NCBI GenBank assembly: GCA_045543015.1
Contig: JAZQLY010000021.1
Span: forward strand, 2,328-66,327
Source: Eubacteriales bacterium
GTDB lineage: Bacteria > Bacillota > Clostridia > Oscillospirales > CAG-272
Length of the DNA: 64,000 bases
Reading direction: 5' to 3'
Shown here: positions 10,313 through 20,436 of the stretch, one piece after another
Position numbering within the stretch: position 1 is the stretch's first letter
How the letters are laid out: every line of letters starts with the position of its first letter
Position numbers and translations under genes: made by a program
Notes under the pieces: generated by a model
Told to the model about the DNA's origin: nothing
The model's database searches: none
Seen by the model: the letters and a program-made list of their open reading frames with translations, nothing else

Positions 10313-11950
10313 ATGATGAAGCAGCTTACCCCTACCGCGCAGGAGCGTGACCGCCACGTATTTTTTACAGGCGTGCTGGTTCTTGGCGGTGCCAATATTC
10401 TTGTCAAGATCATCGGCCTTTTGTTCAAGATCCCCATGTCCTATTACCTGGGGGACGAGGGGATGGGCTACTTCAATTCTGCGTATCAGATCTATACATG
10501 GCTTTATATGTTTTCTACTGCGGGGCTGCCTGTTGCGGTATCTATTCTGGTATCCGAGGCCCGCGCAAAGGGGCAGGCGGCAAGCGTGCGGCGCATTGAG
10601 CGCTCTACGCTTGCCACTTTTCTCCTGCTTGGTCTTTTTTCTACCGCGCTGATGCTTTTTGGCGCGCAGCCGCTTGCCCGGCTGATCGGCACGCCGGAGG
10701 CGCGCTATTGCATTGCCGCCATTGCGCCCACCATGCTGTTTATCTGTCTCTCCAGCGGGATGCGCGGTTATTTTCAAGGCTTTTCCCACATGATGCCCTC
10801 TGCCGTTTCGCAGGTGCTGGAGGCACTTGGCAAGCTGCTGATCGGGGTGGCTCTTGCCGCCTACGCAACGCAAAAGGGGCTCTCTCTTCCCGTGGTGGCT
10901 GCCTATGCGGTGGCCGGACTGGCGGTGGGAGAGGCCGCCGGCATGCTTTACCTGTTTGCTGCCCGCCGCGTATATGAAAAGCGCGGTCGCCTTGCTGTTT
11001 TGCCGTCTGCGGGAGAGGCGGGCGGCAGTATGCCCGGTCTGTTTTCCCGCCTGATGCGCATTGCCTTGCCCATCACCCTTTCCTCGCTTGTCATGGGGAT
11101 CACAGGCATGATCGACCTGGTCGTCGTACAGCGGCGGCTGCAGAGCATTGGCTTTTTGCCAAGCGAGGCAACGGCCTTTTACGGGAATTATACCACCCTG
11201 GTGGTGCCTATGTTCAATCTCCCGCCCGCCCTGATCTACCCCATCGCCACCGCGGCCGTGCCGCTGCTTTCTGCCGCGCTTGCCGCTGGAAAGACGCGGG
11301 CAGCACACAATATGATGGCCTCTGTGCTGCGCATCACGTCACTTGTCGGCATGCCGTGCGCCTTGGGTCTGGCGGTCTTCAGCCGCCCCATTCTGCGGCT
11401 GTTCTTCCGTGCTGATATGGCGGATACCGCCGCCCCCTATCTGTCCGTGTTAGCCATTGGCTCGCTCTTTCTTTCCATGCTCACCGTTACCAATGCCATC
11501 CTGCAGGCAAACGGGCTGGCCAATAAGCCCATCTTTTCCATGCTTGCCGGCGGCATCGTCAAGCTGACGGCCGGGTATTTTTTGATCGGTAATTCCGCGG
11601 TCGGTACGCTGGGCGTTCCGCTTGGCACGGTGCTTTGCTATCTGGTTGCTATGCTGGGCAATTTGTGGGTGCTGATGCGCCATCTTGCCTTTGTGCCATC
11701 CCTTTCGTTTACCTTCTTCCGTCCGCTTGCCGCTGCTTGCCCCGCCGTGGGCGCGGCGCTTGGCCTTTATTTGCTGCTGGGCGGAGAGGCAGGGGGTAAG
11801 CTACTGGTGCTGCCTGCCATTCTGCTTGCCGTGCTGCTGTATGCCGTGGCCATGTTCGTTACCCGCTCCGTCACGGAGGAGGACGTTCGCCTGCTGCCGG
11901 GCGGCCGCCGCCTTGCTGGCATTCTGTATTCAACAAAAAGGACTGTATAA
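10313..11950 (+). CDS. MOP-superfamily flippase (YabM/SpoVB/MurJ-like polysaccharide or lipid II flippase)
   Basis: About 14 predicted TM segments, in the YabM-equivalent position upstream of mazG/yabO/yabP/yabQ. ATG 10313 follows GGGAGGAAA. Confidence 0.75.
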   Translation: MMKQLTPTAQERDRHVFFTGVLVLGGANILVKIIGLLFKIPMSYYLGDEGMGYFNSAYQIYTWLYMFSTAGLPVAVSILVSEARAKGQAASVRRIERSTLATFLLLGLFSTALMLFGAQPLARLIGTPEARYCIAAIAPTMLFICLSSGMRGYFQGFSHMMPSAVSQVLEALGKLLIGVALAAYATQKGLSLPVVAAYAVAGLAVGEAAGMLYLFAARRVYEKRGRLAVLPSAGEAGGSMPGLFSRLMRIALPITLSSLVMGITGMIDLVVVQRRLQSIGFLPSEATAFYGNYTTLVVPMFNLPPALIYPIATAAVPLLSAALAAGKTRAAHNMMASVLRITSLVGMPCALGLAVFSRPILRLFFRADMADTAAPYLSVLAIGSLFLSMLTVTNAILQANGLANKPIFSMLAGGIVKLTAGYFLIGNSAVGTLGVPLGTVLCYLVAMLGNLWVLMRHLAFVPSLSFTFFRPLAAACPAVGAALGLYLLLGGEAGGKLLVLPAILLAVLLYAVAMFVTRSVTEEDVRLLPGGRRLAGILYSTKRTV

Positions 11951-11965
11951 AAAGGAGACGTTACC

Positions 11966-12793
11966 ATGCCGTTTTCCCCGCAAGAATTTGCTTTGAAAGA
12001 GGATTACACGTTTGACGATCTGCTGGCGCTTGTGCGCTTTTTGCGCTCGCCTGCGGGCTGTGAGTGGGATCGCGCACAGACGCATGCCTCGGTGCGCCAC
12101 AACCTGCTGGAGGAGGCCTATGAGGTAGCAGAGGGGATAGACTGCGATGACCCCCGTATCCTGCGGGAGGAGCTTGGCGACTTTTTGTTCCAGGCGGCCT
12201 TCCATACGGTAATGGAGGAGGAGCAGGGACGATCTACCGCGCAGGAGGTGCTGCGCGACGTGTGCCGAAAGATGGTCAACCGTCACCCCCACCTGTTTTT
12301 GGCAGAGAACGAGCACCTTTCGGCCGAGGAGGTACCTGCCCGCTGGGAGGAGATCAAGCGGCGCGAGAAGGGGCAGGGGCGCGTTTCGGATAGCATGCAG
12401 GCGTTGCCAGGCACCCTGCCCGCCCTGATGTATGCGCAAAAAATGGCGGGCAAGGCTGCCCGCGCCGGTTTTATCTATGATAGCGCCGATGAAGCCATGG
12501 AAAAGGTGGCAGAGGAATGGCAGGAATTGACGGCCGCCAAGACCAGGGAGGAGCAGGAGGAGGAGCTGGGGGACATGCTGTTTGCTTTGGTCAATTATGC
12601 CCGGTTCTTAGAGCTTGACGCGGAGGAGGCGCTTGCCAAAGCAGCAAAGAAATTCTGCCGGCGTTTTGCCGCAATTGAAGAAAATCTTGCATTATCTGGA
12701 CGCGATATGGCAAATTGCACAAAAAAAGACCTGCTTTTTGCATGGAACGAACAAAAAAATACAGAAAAATCAACAAAAATTGCAAAAATATAG
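11966..12793 (+). CDS. mazG: MazG nucleoside triphosphate pyrophosphohydrolase (YabN-like)
   Basis: Two MazG EExxE-type repeats ([24 protein letters not shown]). Confidence 0.85.
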   Translation: MPFSPQEFALKEDYTFDDLLALVRFLRSPAGCEWDRAQTHASVRHNLLEEAYEVAEGIDCDDPRILREELGDFLFQAAFHTVMEEEQGRSTAQEVLRDVCRKMVNRHPHLFLAENEHLSAEEVPARWEEIKRREKGQGRVSDSMQALPGTLPALMYAQKMAGKAARAGFIYDSADEAMEKVAEEWQELTAAKTREEQEEELGDMLFALVNYARFLELDAEEALAKAAKKFCRRFAAIEENLALSGRDMANCTKKDLLFAWNEQKNTEKSTKIAKI

Positions 12794-12801
12794 AAAACCC
12801 C

Positions 12802-12830
12802 TTGATATATGTCTTGAAATATGGTATACT
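12802..12830 (+). promoter_or_regulatory. sigma-A promoter for hup
   Basis: TTGATA, 17 nt, then TGgTATACT (extended -10). Confidence 0.55.
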
Positions 12831-12894
12831 ACCATTAGACCATAGCGGCAACGTGCGCCGCACAAAAAACATTTATGAAAGGAACCCACAAGAC

Positions 12895-13170
12895 ATGAAC
12901 AAGACAGAGTTGATCGAGCAGGTTGCAAAGGAGACCGAGATGACCAAAAAGGCTGCTGAGGCTGCCGTAACTGCCGTTTTTGAAGCAATCGCAAAGGCCC
13001 TGGAGAACAATGAGGAGGTTCAGGTATTTGGCTTTGGTAAGTTCGCTGTAAATGAGAGAGCTGCCCGTGAAGGCCGTAACCCTGCAACCGGTGAGAAGAT
13101 CACCATCGCCGCTTCCAAGTATCCTGCATTCTCTGCAAGCAAGGCTCTTAAGGATCGCGTAAACGGCTAA
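12895..13170 (+). CDS. hup: DNA-binding protein HU
   Basis: [11 protein letters not shown]...[25 protein letters not shown] is a canonical HU/IHF fold sequence. The ORF-track start at 12715 is upstream of the promoter. Confidence 0.95.
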   Translation: MNKTELIEQVAKETEMTKKAAEAAVTAVFEAIAKALENNEEVQVFGFGKFAVNERAAREGRNPATGEKITIAASKYPAFSASKALKDRVNG

Positions 13171-13175
13171 TTTTT

Positions 13176-13418
13176 ATGCGTCTTGATAAGTACCTCAAGG
13201 TTGCGCGGATCATTAAGCGGCGCACCGTGGCAAACGATGCGTGCGATGCCTCGCACGTTTCTGTCAATGGTAAGCCGGCAAAAGCATCGTATGACGTCAA
13301 GCTTGGCGATATCATTGAGGTGAGCTTTGGTAGCCGTGTGATGCGGGTGCGTGTTACAGATGTAAAGGACAGCACCAAAAAGGCCGATGCAGCCGAAATG
13401 TATGAGGTTATTCCTTAA
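13176..13418 (+). CDS. yabO: S4-domain RNA-binding protein (YabO/Hsp15-like)
   Basis: MRLDKYLKVARIIKRRTVA is an S4 motif. The gene is 80 aa and keeps synteny with yabP/yabQ. Confidence 0.8.
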   Translation: MRLDKYLKVARIIKRRTVANDACDASHVSVNGKPAKASYDVKLGDIIEVSFGSRVMRVRVTDVKDSTKKADAAEMYEVIP

Positions 13419-13423
13419 AAATT

Positions 13424-13452
13424 TCATAAAAAACAGCGCCTTTGCATACAAT
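13424..13452 (+). promoter_or_regulatory. candidate sigma-E-type (mother-cell) promoter for yabP-yabQ
   Basis: TCATAA, 14-15 nt, then CATACAAT. The identical CATACAAT box also precedes cotJA. Confidence 0.45.
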
Positions 13453-13483
13453 GCTGTATCATTGTATCGGAGGCGTTGTTTTT

Positions 13484-13765
13484 ATGAATATCGGGGAGCA
13501 TGCAAACGGGCAGACGGTATTGCTAAAGGATCGCAGCCTGCTGGATCTGGACGGGGTTTCTGACGTGATCAGCTTTGACGAGGGGGCCGTGGTGCTGCGC
13601 ACGGTGCTGGGAGAGCTGACGGTAGAGGGGCAGGGGCTGCACATCACCCGGCTGGATCTGGAAAAGGGGCAGCTTTCGTTAGAGGGAAAGGTCAGCGGCC
13701 TCTTCTATACGGGCGAAAGCGGCACGGCCAAAAAGGGAGGCTTTTTTGCGCGGCTGGTGAAATAG
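13484..13765 (+). CDS. yabP: sporulation protein YabP
   Basis: The pattern LLDLDGVSDVISFDEGAVVLRT..GELTVEGQGLHITRLDLEKGQLSLEGKV is typical of YabP. ATG 13484 follows GGAGG. Confidence 0.85.
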   Translation: MNIGEHANGQTVLLKDRSLLDLDGVSDVISFDEGAVVLRTVLGELTVEGQGLHITRLDLEKGQLSLEGKVSGLFYTGESGTAKKGGFFARLVK

Positions 13766-13767
13766 GC

Positions 13768-14415
13768 ATGCAGGTCTCTATGTGGGGGGTGCTGGGCGCC
13801 CTTGGCTGGTCGTTGGTGTTTGGCTGCTTTTTGCATCTTTTGTATGATGCGTTGCGGATCCTCCGCATCCTGTGTGGTGTGCGGTACGGTGGCTTGGTTT
13901 GTGCGCGGCTGCGGGCCTGTCACTTCCCGCTGCTGCCGCCCGATCTTGCAAGCCGCCCGCCGCGCAAGGCGGGCGTATATTGGCAGCAGGGCATGGTACT
14001 GGTGACTGACCTGCTGTTTTGCCTTACTGCCGCCTTTCTGTTTTCTGTGTTTCTTTACTGGCAGAACGATGGGCAGTTCCGCGCCGTTTTGCTGCTTGGC
14101 ACAGCGGCGGGATACGTTGTTTTTCACCAAACGGCAGGCCGCTTGATCCTTGCCGTGGGGGAAACGGCAGCCTTTCTTTTGCGCGTTTTGCTTGCCTATC
14201 TTTGCCTCTTGGTGCGGGTGCCGCTTGTGTGGCTCCTTCGCGCCTGCCGCGTGGCGCTTTCCTTTCTTTTTGCGCGCCTATGCGCCTTGCTTTGCCTGCT
14301 CTACGGTTGGCTTTACCTGCCGCTGTACAGCCGCCGTGCAGAAAAGCGCCGCCTGCACGAGGCGTACAGAAAAATATTGAAAACCTATTGCAATGAGCAA
14401 GAGAATGTGTTATAA
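13768..14415 (+). CDS. yabQ: spore cortex biosynthesis membrane protein YabQ-like
   Basis: Multi-TM protein directly after yabP. The call rests on synteny and hydrophobicity. Confidence 0.6.
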   Translation: MQVSMWGVLGALGWSLVFGCFLHLLYDALRILRILCGVRYGGLVCARLRACHFPLLPPDLASRPPRKAGVYWQQGMVLVTDLLFCLTAAFLFSVFLYWQNDGQFRAVLLLGTAAGYVVFHQTAGRLILAVGETAAFLLRVLLAYLCLLVRVPLVWLLRACRVALSFLFARLCALLCLLYGWLYLPLYSRRAEKRRLHEAYRKILKTYCNEQENVL

Positions 14416-14416
14416 T
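14388..14416 (+). promoter_or_regulatory. sigma-A promoter for the SAM riboswitch-metK transcript
   Basis: TTGCAA, 17 nt, then TATAAT, overlapping the end of yabQ. Confidence 0.5.
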
Positions 14417-14431
14417 ATAGAAAACTTCATA

Positions 14432-14575
14432 CAACTTATCAAGAGCGGCGGAGGGACTGGCCCTGTGAAGCCCGGCAACCTGTCATGGGATAAGGTGCCA
14501 ATTCCCGAAAGATGAGATGTTTTTCATACAAAACCTCGGGATGGGCCGGCGCGGTTCACCCCGGTTTTTTTGTTG
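14432..14575 (+). promoter_or_regulatory. SAM-I (S-box) riboswitch with terminator expression platform
   Basis: CTTATCAAGAGCGGCGGAGGGACTGGCCCTGTGAAGCCCGGCAACC...GGTGCCAATTCC matches the S-box core. A GC-rich hairpin and U-run (about 14540-14572) precede the metK RBS. Confidence 0.9.
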
Positions 14576-14600
14576 TATTGACCAAAAAGAGAGGAAAATT

Positions 14601-15782
14601 ATGAGCAGAAAATTATTTACATCCGAATCGGTAACCGAGGGGCATCCCGATAAAATGTGTGACAAGATCTCTGATGCGATCCTGGATGAGATGCTGCGTG
14701 CAGACCCCATGTCCCGCGTGGCCTGTGAGACGTTTGCCACCACAGGCATCATCATGGTCATGGGTGAGATCACGACCAACGCATACGTTGATATTCCCGG
14801 CGTGGTACGCCGCACGGTAGAGGAGATCGGGTATGACCGTGCCAAGTACGGCTTTGACTGCCATACCTGTGCCGTTTTGAACTCGATCCACGAGCAATCG
14901 CCGGATATTGCCATGGGCGTTGACCGCTGTGCCGAGGCAAAGAGCGGGGAGATGACCGATGCGCTGGATACCGGCGCCGGTGACCAGGGTCTGATGTTCG
15001 GCTTTGCCTGCGACGAAACGCCGGAGCTGATGCCGCTGCCCATCTCGCTTGCGCACAAGCTGGCGCTGCGCCTGACCGCCGTGCGGCGTGAGGGGATCCT
15101 CCCCTACCTGCGGCCGGACGGAAAAACGCAGGTGACGGTAGAATACGAGGGGGATACGCCCGTGCGTGTGGATGCGGTCGTTGTTTCCTCCCAGCATAGC
15201 GAGGAGGTCTCGCTTGAGACCATCCGTGCTGACATCATTCGTGAGGTGATCGAAAAGATCATTCCCGCCAGCCTGATGGACAAGGATACCAAGATCTACG
15301 TTAACCCCACCGGCCGCTTCGTGATCGGTGGCCCGATGGGTGATACGGGTCTTACCGGCCGTAAGATCATTGTCGATACCTACGGTGGATACGCCCGCCA
15401 TGGCGGCGGTGCCTTCTCGGGTAAGGACCCGACCAAGGTAGACCGCTCTGCCTGCTATGCTGCGCGTTACGTAGCCAAAAACATCGTTGCCGCCGGCCTT
15501 GCCTCCCGCTGTGAGGTACAGCTGGCATATGCCATTGGCGTGGCACGCCCGGTATCGGTGCGTATTGATACCTTTGGTACGGCCCGCGTAGCGGAAGAGA
15601 AGATCGCTGCCGCCGTTGATCGCCTGGTCGATCTGCGCCCGGGCGCGATCATTCAGCGCTTTGATCTGCGCCGGCCGATCTATAGCCCGCTGGCTGCCTA
15701 CGGCCACATGGGACGTGAGGATCTGGACGTGGCCTGGGAAAAAACAGACCTGGCAGACGATCTGCGTAAGGAATTTGCATAA
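14601..15782 (+). CDS. metK: S-adenosylmethionine synthetase
   Basis: Motifs are [32 protein letters not shown] and a DRSAAY-like stretch. ATG 14601 follows AGAGAGGAAA. Confidence 0.97.
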   Translation: MSRKLFTSESVTEGHPDKMCDKISDAILDEMLRADPMSRVACETFATTGIIMVMGEITTNAYVDIPGVVRRTVEEIGYDRAKYGFDCHTCAVLNSIHEQSPDIAMGVDRCAEAKSGEMTDALDTGAGDQGLMFGFACDETPELMPLPISLAHKLALRLTAVRREGILPYLRPDGKTQVTVEYEGDTPVRVDAVVVSSQHSEEVSLETIRADIIREVIEKIIPASLMDKDTKIYVNPTGRFVIGGPMGDTGLTGRKIIVDTYGGYARHGGGAFSGKDPTKVDRSACYAARYVAKNIVAAGLASRCEVQLAYAIGVARPVSVRIDTFGTARVAEEKIAAAVDRLVDLRPGAIIQRFDLRRPIYSPLAAYGHMGREDLDVAWEKTDLADDLRKEFA

Positions 15783-15844
15783 GACACCGTTGCAGCCTCT
15801 CCCGCATAAAATGCAGTATATCTGTGTTTTGGGGAGGAAAAACG

Positions 15845-16159
15845 ATGCAACTGTCTGATTTTTTAGAGATTTTTGTGTGCATGCTGGCGGTTTACGGTAT
15901 TTACGCGATCTTATGCCGCTTCCTTGCGCACGGATGCTACAAGGGGGATATGGCCGTCGGCCTGTGCCTGCAGCACAGGGAGGGCGAGGTAGACCCTGCG
16001 GCGTTGGAGGACGGACTTCGCCGCGCACGATTTTTGACCGAGGGGCAACGCGGAAGGATGTTGCCTCCGGTCATTTTGCTCAATGGAAGCCCATCTGTGG
16101 TGAGCGAGGAGCTTGAGGAGCTTAAACGAGAGTGCGAGGTCTATTGCAGATTGACGTGA
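15845..16159 (+). CDS. hypothetical protein with an N-terminal TM helix
   Basis: ATG 15845 follows GGGGAGGAAAAA. No family recognised. Confidence 0.4.
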   Translation: MQLSDFLEIFVCMLAVYGIYAILCRFLAHGCYKGDMAVGLCLQHREGEVDPAALEDGLRRARFLTEGQRGRMLPPVILLNGSPSVVSEELEELKRECEVYCRLT

Positions 16160-16177
16160 TAAGGAAAGGAGAGAGAA

Positions 16178-18412
16178 ATGGCACTGCCCGAGAAAGCGTG
16201 TATCAGCGGCACGGTGGAAAATATCGTTTACCATAACGAGGTGAACGATTATACCGTCATGGAGCTGGTTGGGGATGATGATAGCCTGATCACCGCAGTG
16301 GGTGAGCTGCCGTTTCTGGTAGAGGGGGAAGAGGTCATCCTGTACGGCCGTTGGACCACCCATGCAACCTACGGGCAGCAGTTCGTGGTGGAAAGCTTTG
16401 AAAAACGGCTGCCCTCAGACGTGCAGGCCATTCTCCGCTACCTTTCCTCCCGCGCGGTCAAGGGGGTTGGCCCTGTGATCGCCGCCAAGATCGTCAGCCG
16501 CTACGGGGCAGATACCTTTGACGTGATCGAAAACCACCCGGAGTGGCTTGCCGATATTCCCGGCATCTCACCCAAAAAGGCTGCCGCCATCAGCGAATCC
16601 TTTCGTGAGCAGAGCGGCGTTCGCTCGGTGATGATGTTTTGCCGTGATTTCTTTGGCGCTACCACCACCACGCGCGTGTATAAGCGCTTTGGTGCCGGTG
16701 CCGTTGGCTTGATCAAGGAAAATCCGTACTGCCTGTGCGAGGCAGATCTTGGCATCGGCTTTACCAAGGCAGACGAGATCGCCGCCTCGCTGGGGCTGGA
16801 CCGTGAGGCAACGGTGCGCGTAGAAAGCGGGCTGCAGTACGTCTTGCGCTACAACGCCATGGCCAACGGCCACAGCTGCCTGCCAAAGGAAAAGCTGATC
16901 GCTGCCGCAGCGCAGCAGCTTGGCGTGTCGCCGGAGCGGATCACGACCGTGCTGGAGGACTGTCTGCACAGTGGCCGCTTGGTCGCATACGAGAAGGCAG
17001 ACGAGGGGCAAGACACCCCGCGCACCTACGTATTCACCGCCGAGCATGCAGAGGCAGAGGCCTACGTTGCGAAAAAGCTGCTGACGCTTGACCGCCATTG
17101 CATGACGTACGGAACGGGGGATATTGATCTGCTGATCGCACGGGCAGAGGCGGAGCAGGGCATCCGCTATGCCGCCCTGCAGCGCAGCGCGATCCACCGT
17201 GCGTTGAGCGGTGGCGTGCTGGTCTTGACCGGTGGCCCCGGTACAGGGAAAACCACGGTCATTTTGGCGCTTTTGCGCATTTTTGAATTCCTTGGCAACA
17301 AGGTTGCCCTTGCCGCCCCCACCGGCCGTGCTGCCAAACGCATGTCAGAGGCGGCCCGGCACGAGGCACGCACCATTCACCGCATGCTGGAGATGGAGCG
17401 TACCGAGACAACAGAGAACGTCCGCTTTAACCGCAACAGCGGAAACCCGCTGGAGGAAAACGTCATCATCATTGATGAGGCATCCATGCTGGACCTGCCG
17501 CTGATGCATGGCCTTTTGCGTGCCATGCGGAACGGCACGCGCCTGATCCTGATCGGCGATTCCGATCAGCTTCCCTCCGTTGGGGTGGGAAATATGTTGT
17601 GTGATATTCTGGCCTGCGGCGCTTTTCAGACCGTGCGCCTGACCGAGATCTTTCGCCAGTCCGAAAAAAGTCTGATCGTGACCAATGCCCACAGCATCAA
17701 CCGCGGGCAGATGCCGGTGCTTGACCGTGCAGACGGGGATTTCTTCTTTGTCCCCCGCCCGCGCGAGGACCAGATCGCCGCGACCGTCGCCTCTCTGATC
17801 TGTGAGCGGCTGCCCCGCGCGTATGGGGAAGCCATGCGGGAAAAAATACAGGTCATTACCCCCTCGCGCAAGGGGCGAGCAGGGACCGAGCTGCTCAACC
17901 CCCTGCTACAGGAGCGGTTAAACCCGCCCGATGGCAAAAAGCGGGAGATCCGCTTCCGTGATCGCCTGTTCCGCGAGGGAGACCGCGTCATGCAGGTGCG
18001 TAACAATTATGATATCGTATGGGAAAAGAACGGCACAGAGGGGGCGGGTGTCTTTAATGGGGATATCGGCATCATCGAGCGGATAGAGCCGCGCGCAGAG
18101 TCACTGTATATCCGCTATGACGATCGGCTGGCGACCTACGAATACAGCATGCTGGAGGAATTGGAGCATGCCTATGCCATTACCGTGCATAAAAGCCAGG
18201 GCAGCGAATACCCGGTCGTTCTTTTCCCAGCCTACGGCTGCGCACCGCAGCTCCTGACCAGGAACCTGATCTATACGGCCGTTACCCGTGCGCGGGAGAT
18301 GGTGGTGATGGTCGGGCGGCAGGATATCGTAGCACAGATGGTAGAAAACGATCGACACGATATGCGCTACACCTGCCTATGTACTCGCTTGGTGGAGGAA
18401 GGGGAACGATGA
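16178..18412 (+). CDS. recD2: RecD2-type ATP-dependent DNA helicase (RecD/TraA family)
   Basis: Walker A LTGGPGTGKTT, DEASMLD, the motif TVHKSQGSE and an N-terminal HHH region. Confidence 0.9.
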   Translation: MALPEKACISGTVENIVYHNEVNDYTVMELVGDDDSLITAVGELPFLVEGEEVILYGRWTTHATYGQQFVVESFEKRLPSDVQAILRYLSSRAVKGVGPVIAAKIVSRYGADTFDVIENHPEWLADIPGISPKKAAAISESFREQSGVRSVMMFCRDFFGATTTTRVYKRFGAGAVGLIKENPYCLCEADLGIGFTKADEIAASLGLDREATVRVESGLQYVLRYNAMANGHSCLPKEKLIAAAAQQLGVSPERITTVLEDCLHSGRLVAYEKADEGQDTPRTYVFTAEHAEAEAYVAKKLLTLDRHCMTYGTGDIDLLIARAEAEQGIRYAALQRSAIHRALSGGVLVLTGGPGTGKTTVILALLRIFEFLGNKVALAAPTGRAAKRMSEAARHEARTIHRMLEMERTETTENVRFNRNSGNPLEENVIIIDEASMLDLPLMHGLLRAMRNGTRLILIGDSDQLPSVGVGNMLCDILACGAFQTVRLTEIFRQSEKSLIVTNAHSINRGQMPVLDRADGDFFFVPRPREDQIAATVASLICERLPRAYGEAMREKIQVITPSRKGRAGTELLNPLLQERLNPPDGKKREIRFRDRLFREGDRVMQVRNNYDIVWEKNGTEGAGVFNGDIGIIERIEPRAESLYIRYDDRLATYEYSMLEELEHAYAITVHKSQGSEYPVVLFPAYGCAPQLLTRNLIYTAVTRAREMVVMVGRQDIVAQMVENDRHDMRYTCLCTRLVEEGER

Positions 18413-19161
18413 AGCTTTCGCTTTCCCGCCTGTGGCAATGGATGCAGGACCTGCTGTTCGTGCCGAAGTGCGCCGTGTGCGCTACGCGCTTGCCGCCCCT
18501 CAGCCCTGCGCCGCTTTGCCCCTTGTGCCGCACGCGGTATGAGGATGAAAAGGAGGCAAGCTGCCCATCCTGCGGCGGCCGGATGGGGGATTGCCTTTGC
18601 CCACCGCCGGACATGCCGCGCTGCGGCGTTCACCGCGTGGTAAAGCTGGTGCGGTACGTGCCCGCCTCGGGCGATGCCTCTGCGCAGATGATCTATCGGC
18701 TCAAGCACAAAAACCTGGTCACCCTGCAGCGGTTTTTCGCCAATGAGCTGGCGTTGTCTCTTTCTGGCTTGATGGAGGATAAGCAAGCGTGGATCGTCAC
18801 CTATCCGCCGCGCAGCGCCGCAGCCAAGAGCAGAGATGGGTTTGACCACGCAGCGGCCCTATCCAAGGAGCTGGCGCGTGCGCTTGGCTGCCGCTATTGG
18901 AAGACACTCAGGCGAATAAACGGAAAAGGGCAAGAGCAGAAGCGCCTTTCGCGCACGGCACGCATGCAGGCCGCCAAAGAGAGCTATGGCTTGCGCAAAG
19001 GGGCCGCCGTTGTGGGAAAGCGCATCGTGCTGGTAGATGACGTGCTGACCACGGGGGCCACCATGGCTTCCTGCGCACGGCTGCTTCGCAAGGCAGGGGC
19101 GAAAGAGGTCATTTTTGCCGTTTTGGCGGTAACACCGTCCAAAAAAGGCAGAAACGAGTGA
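18409..19161 (+). CDS. comFC: ComF family protein (ComFC-like phosphoribosyltransferase)
   Basis: N-terminal CxxC...CxxC zinc finger, PRTase motif VLVDDVLTTGAT, ATGA overlap with recD2. Confidence 0.8.
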   Translation: MKLSLSRLWQWMQDLLFVPKCAVCATRLPPLSPAPLCPLCRTRYEDEKEASCPSCGGRMGDCLCPPPDMPRCGVHRVVKLVRYVPASGDASAQMIYRLKHKNLVTLQRFFANELALSLSGLMEDKQAWIVTYPPRSAAAKSRDGFDHAAALSKELARALGCRYWKTLRRINGKGQEQKRLSRTARMQAAKESYGLRKGAAVVGKRIVLVDDVLTTGATMASCARLLRKAGAKEVIFAVLAVTPSKKGRNE

Positions 19162-19199
19162 AAAAATCTCTCTTCTACATAAAAAAACAAAAAAATTCG

Positions 19200-19228
19200 T
19201 TGCAATTTCATTTTTGCTGTTGTATAAT
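19200..19228 (+). promoter_or_regulatory. sigma-A promoter for the mreB-like gene
   Basis: TTGCAA, 17 nt, then TATAAT. Confidence 0.5.
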
Positions 19229-19261
19229 AAAATTGTATGACTTTATCTATTGGGGGATACC

Positions 19262-20284
19262 ATGCATAAGGAAATCGGAATAGACCTTGGCAGCGCGACG
19301 ATGCTCGTCAGCACGGCCGAGGAGGGCATCATCGCCAAAGAGCCGACTGTAGTGGCAATCGGGCGGGATACCAATCGTTTATATTCCATCGGCGGGGAGG
19401 CCGAGCGCGACGCGGCCGATGCCACGAAAAACCTGCGCTTGGTCCATCCGTTGCGCGATGGTATCGTGGCAGATGCAGATGCCACGCGCACCATGCTTTC
19501 GCATGCCCTGCGCCTTACCTGCGGCAATCTAATCATCAAGCCGCGTGTGTTGATCGGTATTCCGTTTGACCTGAGCGATGAGGAAGAGGCGCTTATTGAG
19601 TGGACGGCTGCGCACGCCGGTGCGCGAGAGACCTTTTTGGTCTATACACCGGTGGCTGCCATGGCCGGGATGGGGCTTTCCTGGGAGAGTGCTGTCTTGA
19701 TCGTGGATATCGGGGCCACGCGGACAAGCCTGATGCTGACGGGTGGCGGTAAGATCTTATATAAGGATACGGTTGCCGTGGGCGGTGATTCCTTTGATCT
19801 TGCCATTGCTGACTATTTGATGGGGCGTCACCGCATGAGGATCAGCACGCGTTCTGCCCGCATTGTGAAAAACAAGATCGGTACGCTTTGGATCAACCAA
19901 GAGGATCGCCGTATTGATATCAAGGGTAAGCAAGCAGAGGACGGCATGCCCGCTACCATTCGCCTTTCCTCGCACGAGATGTTTGATGCGCTGGAGGAGC
20001 CGACGGCAAAGCTGATCGCCGCGATCTGTGAGGCGATCAATTGCATTCCCACTATGCACGTGGGCGAGGTGTTTGGCCGCGGAATTTTGCTTTGCGGCGG
20101 CGCATCGCAGTTGGACGGGCTGGATAAAATGATATCCGGGGTGACAGGCGTGAATGCGCGCGTGGTCGAGCGGCCGGATGAGGTAGTGGCCGTTGGCCTT
20201 GGTAAGATATTGGCAGACCTGCCTACCTCGATGAAAAACGAACGGATCAATATTTCCTTGCGCTGCATGCGCACAGAACTGTGA
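19262..20284 (+). CDS. divergent MreB/Mbl-like actin-family protein
   Basis: IGIDLGSATMLV, HPLRDGIVADADAT and GGASQLDGLD resemble MreB phosphate and adenosine motifs but are noticeably diverged. Confidence 0.7.
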   Translation: MHKEIGIDLGSATMLVSTAEEGIIAKEPTVVAIGRDTNRLYSIGGEAERDAADATKNLRLVHPLRDGIVADADATRTMLSHALRLTCGNLIIKPRVLIGIPFDLSDEEEALIEWTAAHAGARETFLVYTPVAAMAGMGLSWESAVLIVDIGATRTSLMLTGGGKILYKDTVAVGGDSFDLAIADYLMGRHRMRISTRSARIVKNKIGTLWINQEDRRIDIKGKQAEDGMPATIRLSSHEMFDALEEPTAKLIAAICEAINCIPTMHVGEVFGRGILLCGGASQLDGLDKMISGVTGVNARVVERPDEVVAVGLGKILADLPTSMKNERINISLRCMRTEL

Positions 20285-20292
20285 GGTGTGAG

Positions 20293-20415
20293 ATGGAAAA
20301 GCAACAAGAACCGCAGAACAGAGCTTCCTTTGCTGTGCGCCTCTTATGCTTGATCTTGGCATTGCTCCTGGTGGGCGGCGGTTTTTATTACCTGCTTGCG
20401 CCGCTTTTCGGGTAA
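20293..20415 (+). CDS. possible 40-aa single-pass membrane micro-protein
   Basis: My own translation is MEKQQEPQNRASFAVRLLCLILALLLVGGGFYYLLAPLFG. It starts 9 nt after the mreB-like stop. It is too short for the ORF track. Confidence 0.3.
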   Translation: MEKQQEPQNRASFAVRLLCLILALLLVGGGFYYLLAPLFG

Positions 20416-20436
20416 AGAAAGGGACCGTCTGATCAA

